A stretch of DNA of 51,476 bases. Source: Nemertoderma westbladi (taxonomy: Eukaryota > Animalia > Xenacoelomorpha). This document shows, in pieces, positions 50,370-51,476 of this stretch. Below the pieces are notes generated by a model. It was not told where the DNA came from, ran no database searches, and worked only from the letters and a program-made list of their open reading frames with translations. Where the stretch lies: contig JAUCBJ010002447.1 of the NCBI GenBank assembly GCA_032718475.1, forward strand, positions 1 to 51,476, read 5' to 3'. The first letter of the stretch is position 1; each line of letters begins with the position of its first letter. The position numbers were made by a program, and so were the translations under genes.

Positions 50370-51296
50370 TTATGGGTTAATTTGCGGACATCGTGTCCGC
50401 CAATGGCCCCTGTGTCCGCATATAAAACAGCTACTGTTATGGGCTGGACAATAGCGCCCTCTGTGTTGTTTATTACACCCAAGGCATCGTTCGGTTTGTG
50501 GTGCCTGATTGGTTTGGTGTGAGTATCGATAATTGTTGTCAACTTGACTCCTCTCATTGTGTGGATTCTGTTGTGAACCGGAACTTTGTGGAGATATTCC
50601 AGGTCTTGTATTTCCGAATCGGGTTTTCATATTCAGGTGAGAATATCGGTGCTGGATCTTTTTGGCTTCCTCGGCCTTATCGGTTTCCTCGAGTTTGACT
50701 TTCTGCAGTAGTCGTGTAGTTTCGCTCATGTCGGCCAATTGAAGTTTAGAGTCTTCCATAATCTTTGCATGTCTTACAATCTCGTCGATTGTCCAGTCCT
50801 GTTCAATTGCCTTGGCTTTCAGCCGCATATTTGTTCCTTTTGACAGAACTTGCTCTTTCAAGCGGCGATTAACTGCTGGTAAGTCGCCAAACTCACAGTC
50901 TACAGCTAACTCGCGAAGTTTAACCACATAATCGACTGTGCTCTGATCTTCGAACTGCGAACAATCGATGAACCGCATTTTAGCGTGCGATACGTTTCTG
51001 CACGGAGTGAAGTATTCAGTAAGCTTGTCCGTCACTTCTTGGTACGCGTTTCGTGGCGGTTCTATTGCAGGCAGGTTAGGTAGGTGCTCCGCTATATCTT
51101 CCAATGATCGACCCGATTCGTAGAATAATGCATCGAGTTTAGTTTCAGGATCCACAAATCTCGCTAACCTCATCGCTCGTTCCAGCGATCGTAACCATTT
51201 CGTGAACTCTTTACCCGAATTCAAAGGGTCAGTGGCAGTAAATTTGCCAATTCCTAAACCGTGATAACCGGTGCCTCCGGCTTGAGCTTCGCCCAT
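50370..51296 (-). CDS. gag: Gypsy Gag (308 aa) with two zinc knuckles
   Basis: YVVKLRELAVDCEFG (major-homology-region-like); CLGCNKQHRGRYC and CFICGHRGHWRTRC. In frame with pol across a single TAA. Confidence 0.93.
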   Translation of the reverse strand: MGEAQAGGTGYHGLGIGKFTATDPLNSGKEFTKWLRSLERAMRLARFVDPETKLDALFYESGRSLEDIAEHLPNLPAIEPPRNAYQEVTDKLTEYFTPCRNVSHAKMRFIDCSQFEDQSTVDYVVKLRELAVDCEFGDLPAVNRRLKEQVLSKGTNMRLKAKAIEQDWTIDEIVRHAKIMEDSKLQLADMSETTRLLQKVKLEETDKAEEAKKIQHRYSHLNMKTRFGNTRPGISPQSSGSQQNPHNERSQVDNNYRYSHQTNQAPQTERCLGCNKQHRGRYCPAHNSSCFICGHRGHWRTRCPQINP

Positions 51297-51297
51297 T

Positions 51298-51306
51298 TCG
51301 TCGCCA
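51298..51306 (-). promoter_or_regulatory. Primer-binding site, tRNA-Ser(GCU) type
   Basis: TGGCGACGA one base after the 5' LTR; complementary to the ...UCGUCGCCA 3' end of metazoan tRNA-Ser(GCU) as I recall it. The gag ATG follows 2 nt later. Confidence 0.82.
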
Positions 51307-51307
51307 A

Positions 51308-51476
51308 TATAATATATTGATCCCGAATCAGATATGATACATTGAACATATATAACAGTATTAACAGCGGTATAATATAATCACGGATTCTCTCCTACCG
51401 GTACAGATACATACCTATACTGTCCTCCAGATCTACCGGTACCGTCCTAAGCCTGACAGCCTGACTACTCGCTCCT
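51308..51476 (-). repeat. 5' LTR of the Gypsy element (cut by window end)
   Basis: Matches 46334-46502. Confidence 0.93.

Larger units (their letters stand above)
46334..51476 (-). mobile_element. Ty3/Gypsy (Mag-like) LTR retrotransposon, ~5.15 kb, recent insertion
   Basis: Domain order Gag-PR-RT-RH-IN, short LTRs, tRNA-Ser-type PBS next to the gag ATG, and a PPT. The visible 169 bp of the two LTRs appear identical. Confidence 0.96.

Overview
This is repeat-rich eukaryotic DNA, probably an invertebrate animal. I found no recognisable host gene, rRNA, tRNA or CRISPR array. (1) 1-16386 is a head-to-tail array of eight non-coding modules: six ~1.73-kb copies, then a 2.9-kb and a 3.1-kb relative. 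All are joined at the same structured junction (9-bp hairpin, CTRG|AT, usually a small downstream hairpin), which suggests non-autonomous Helitron/Helentron-like elements. (2) 18.9-24 kb holds an inverted LTR fragment, a ~260-bp inverted-repeat pair enclosing truncated RTE and CRE-like non-LTR retrotransposons, minisatellites and a decayed Gypsy integrase. (3) There are two related BEL/Pao LTR elements: 24029-35905 is complete with a TACTG target-site duplication, and 37219-46333 is interrupted. They encode an N-terminally extended Gag plus protease and lack RT and a working integrase. (4) A young Mag-like Ty3/Gypsy element on the minus strand (46334 to window end) is nested in the second BEL copy. 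The strongest novel signal is that the BEL elements lack a tRNA primer-binding site. Instead, the 11-12 nt abutting the 5' LTR are perfectly complementary to a site inside their own LTR, with three compensatory substitutions between the two copies. This points to tRNA-independent self-priming in a BEL/Pao family. All alignments were made by eye and family assignments rest on motif recognition, not database searches.
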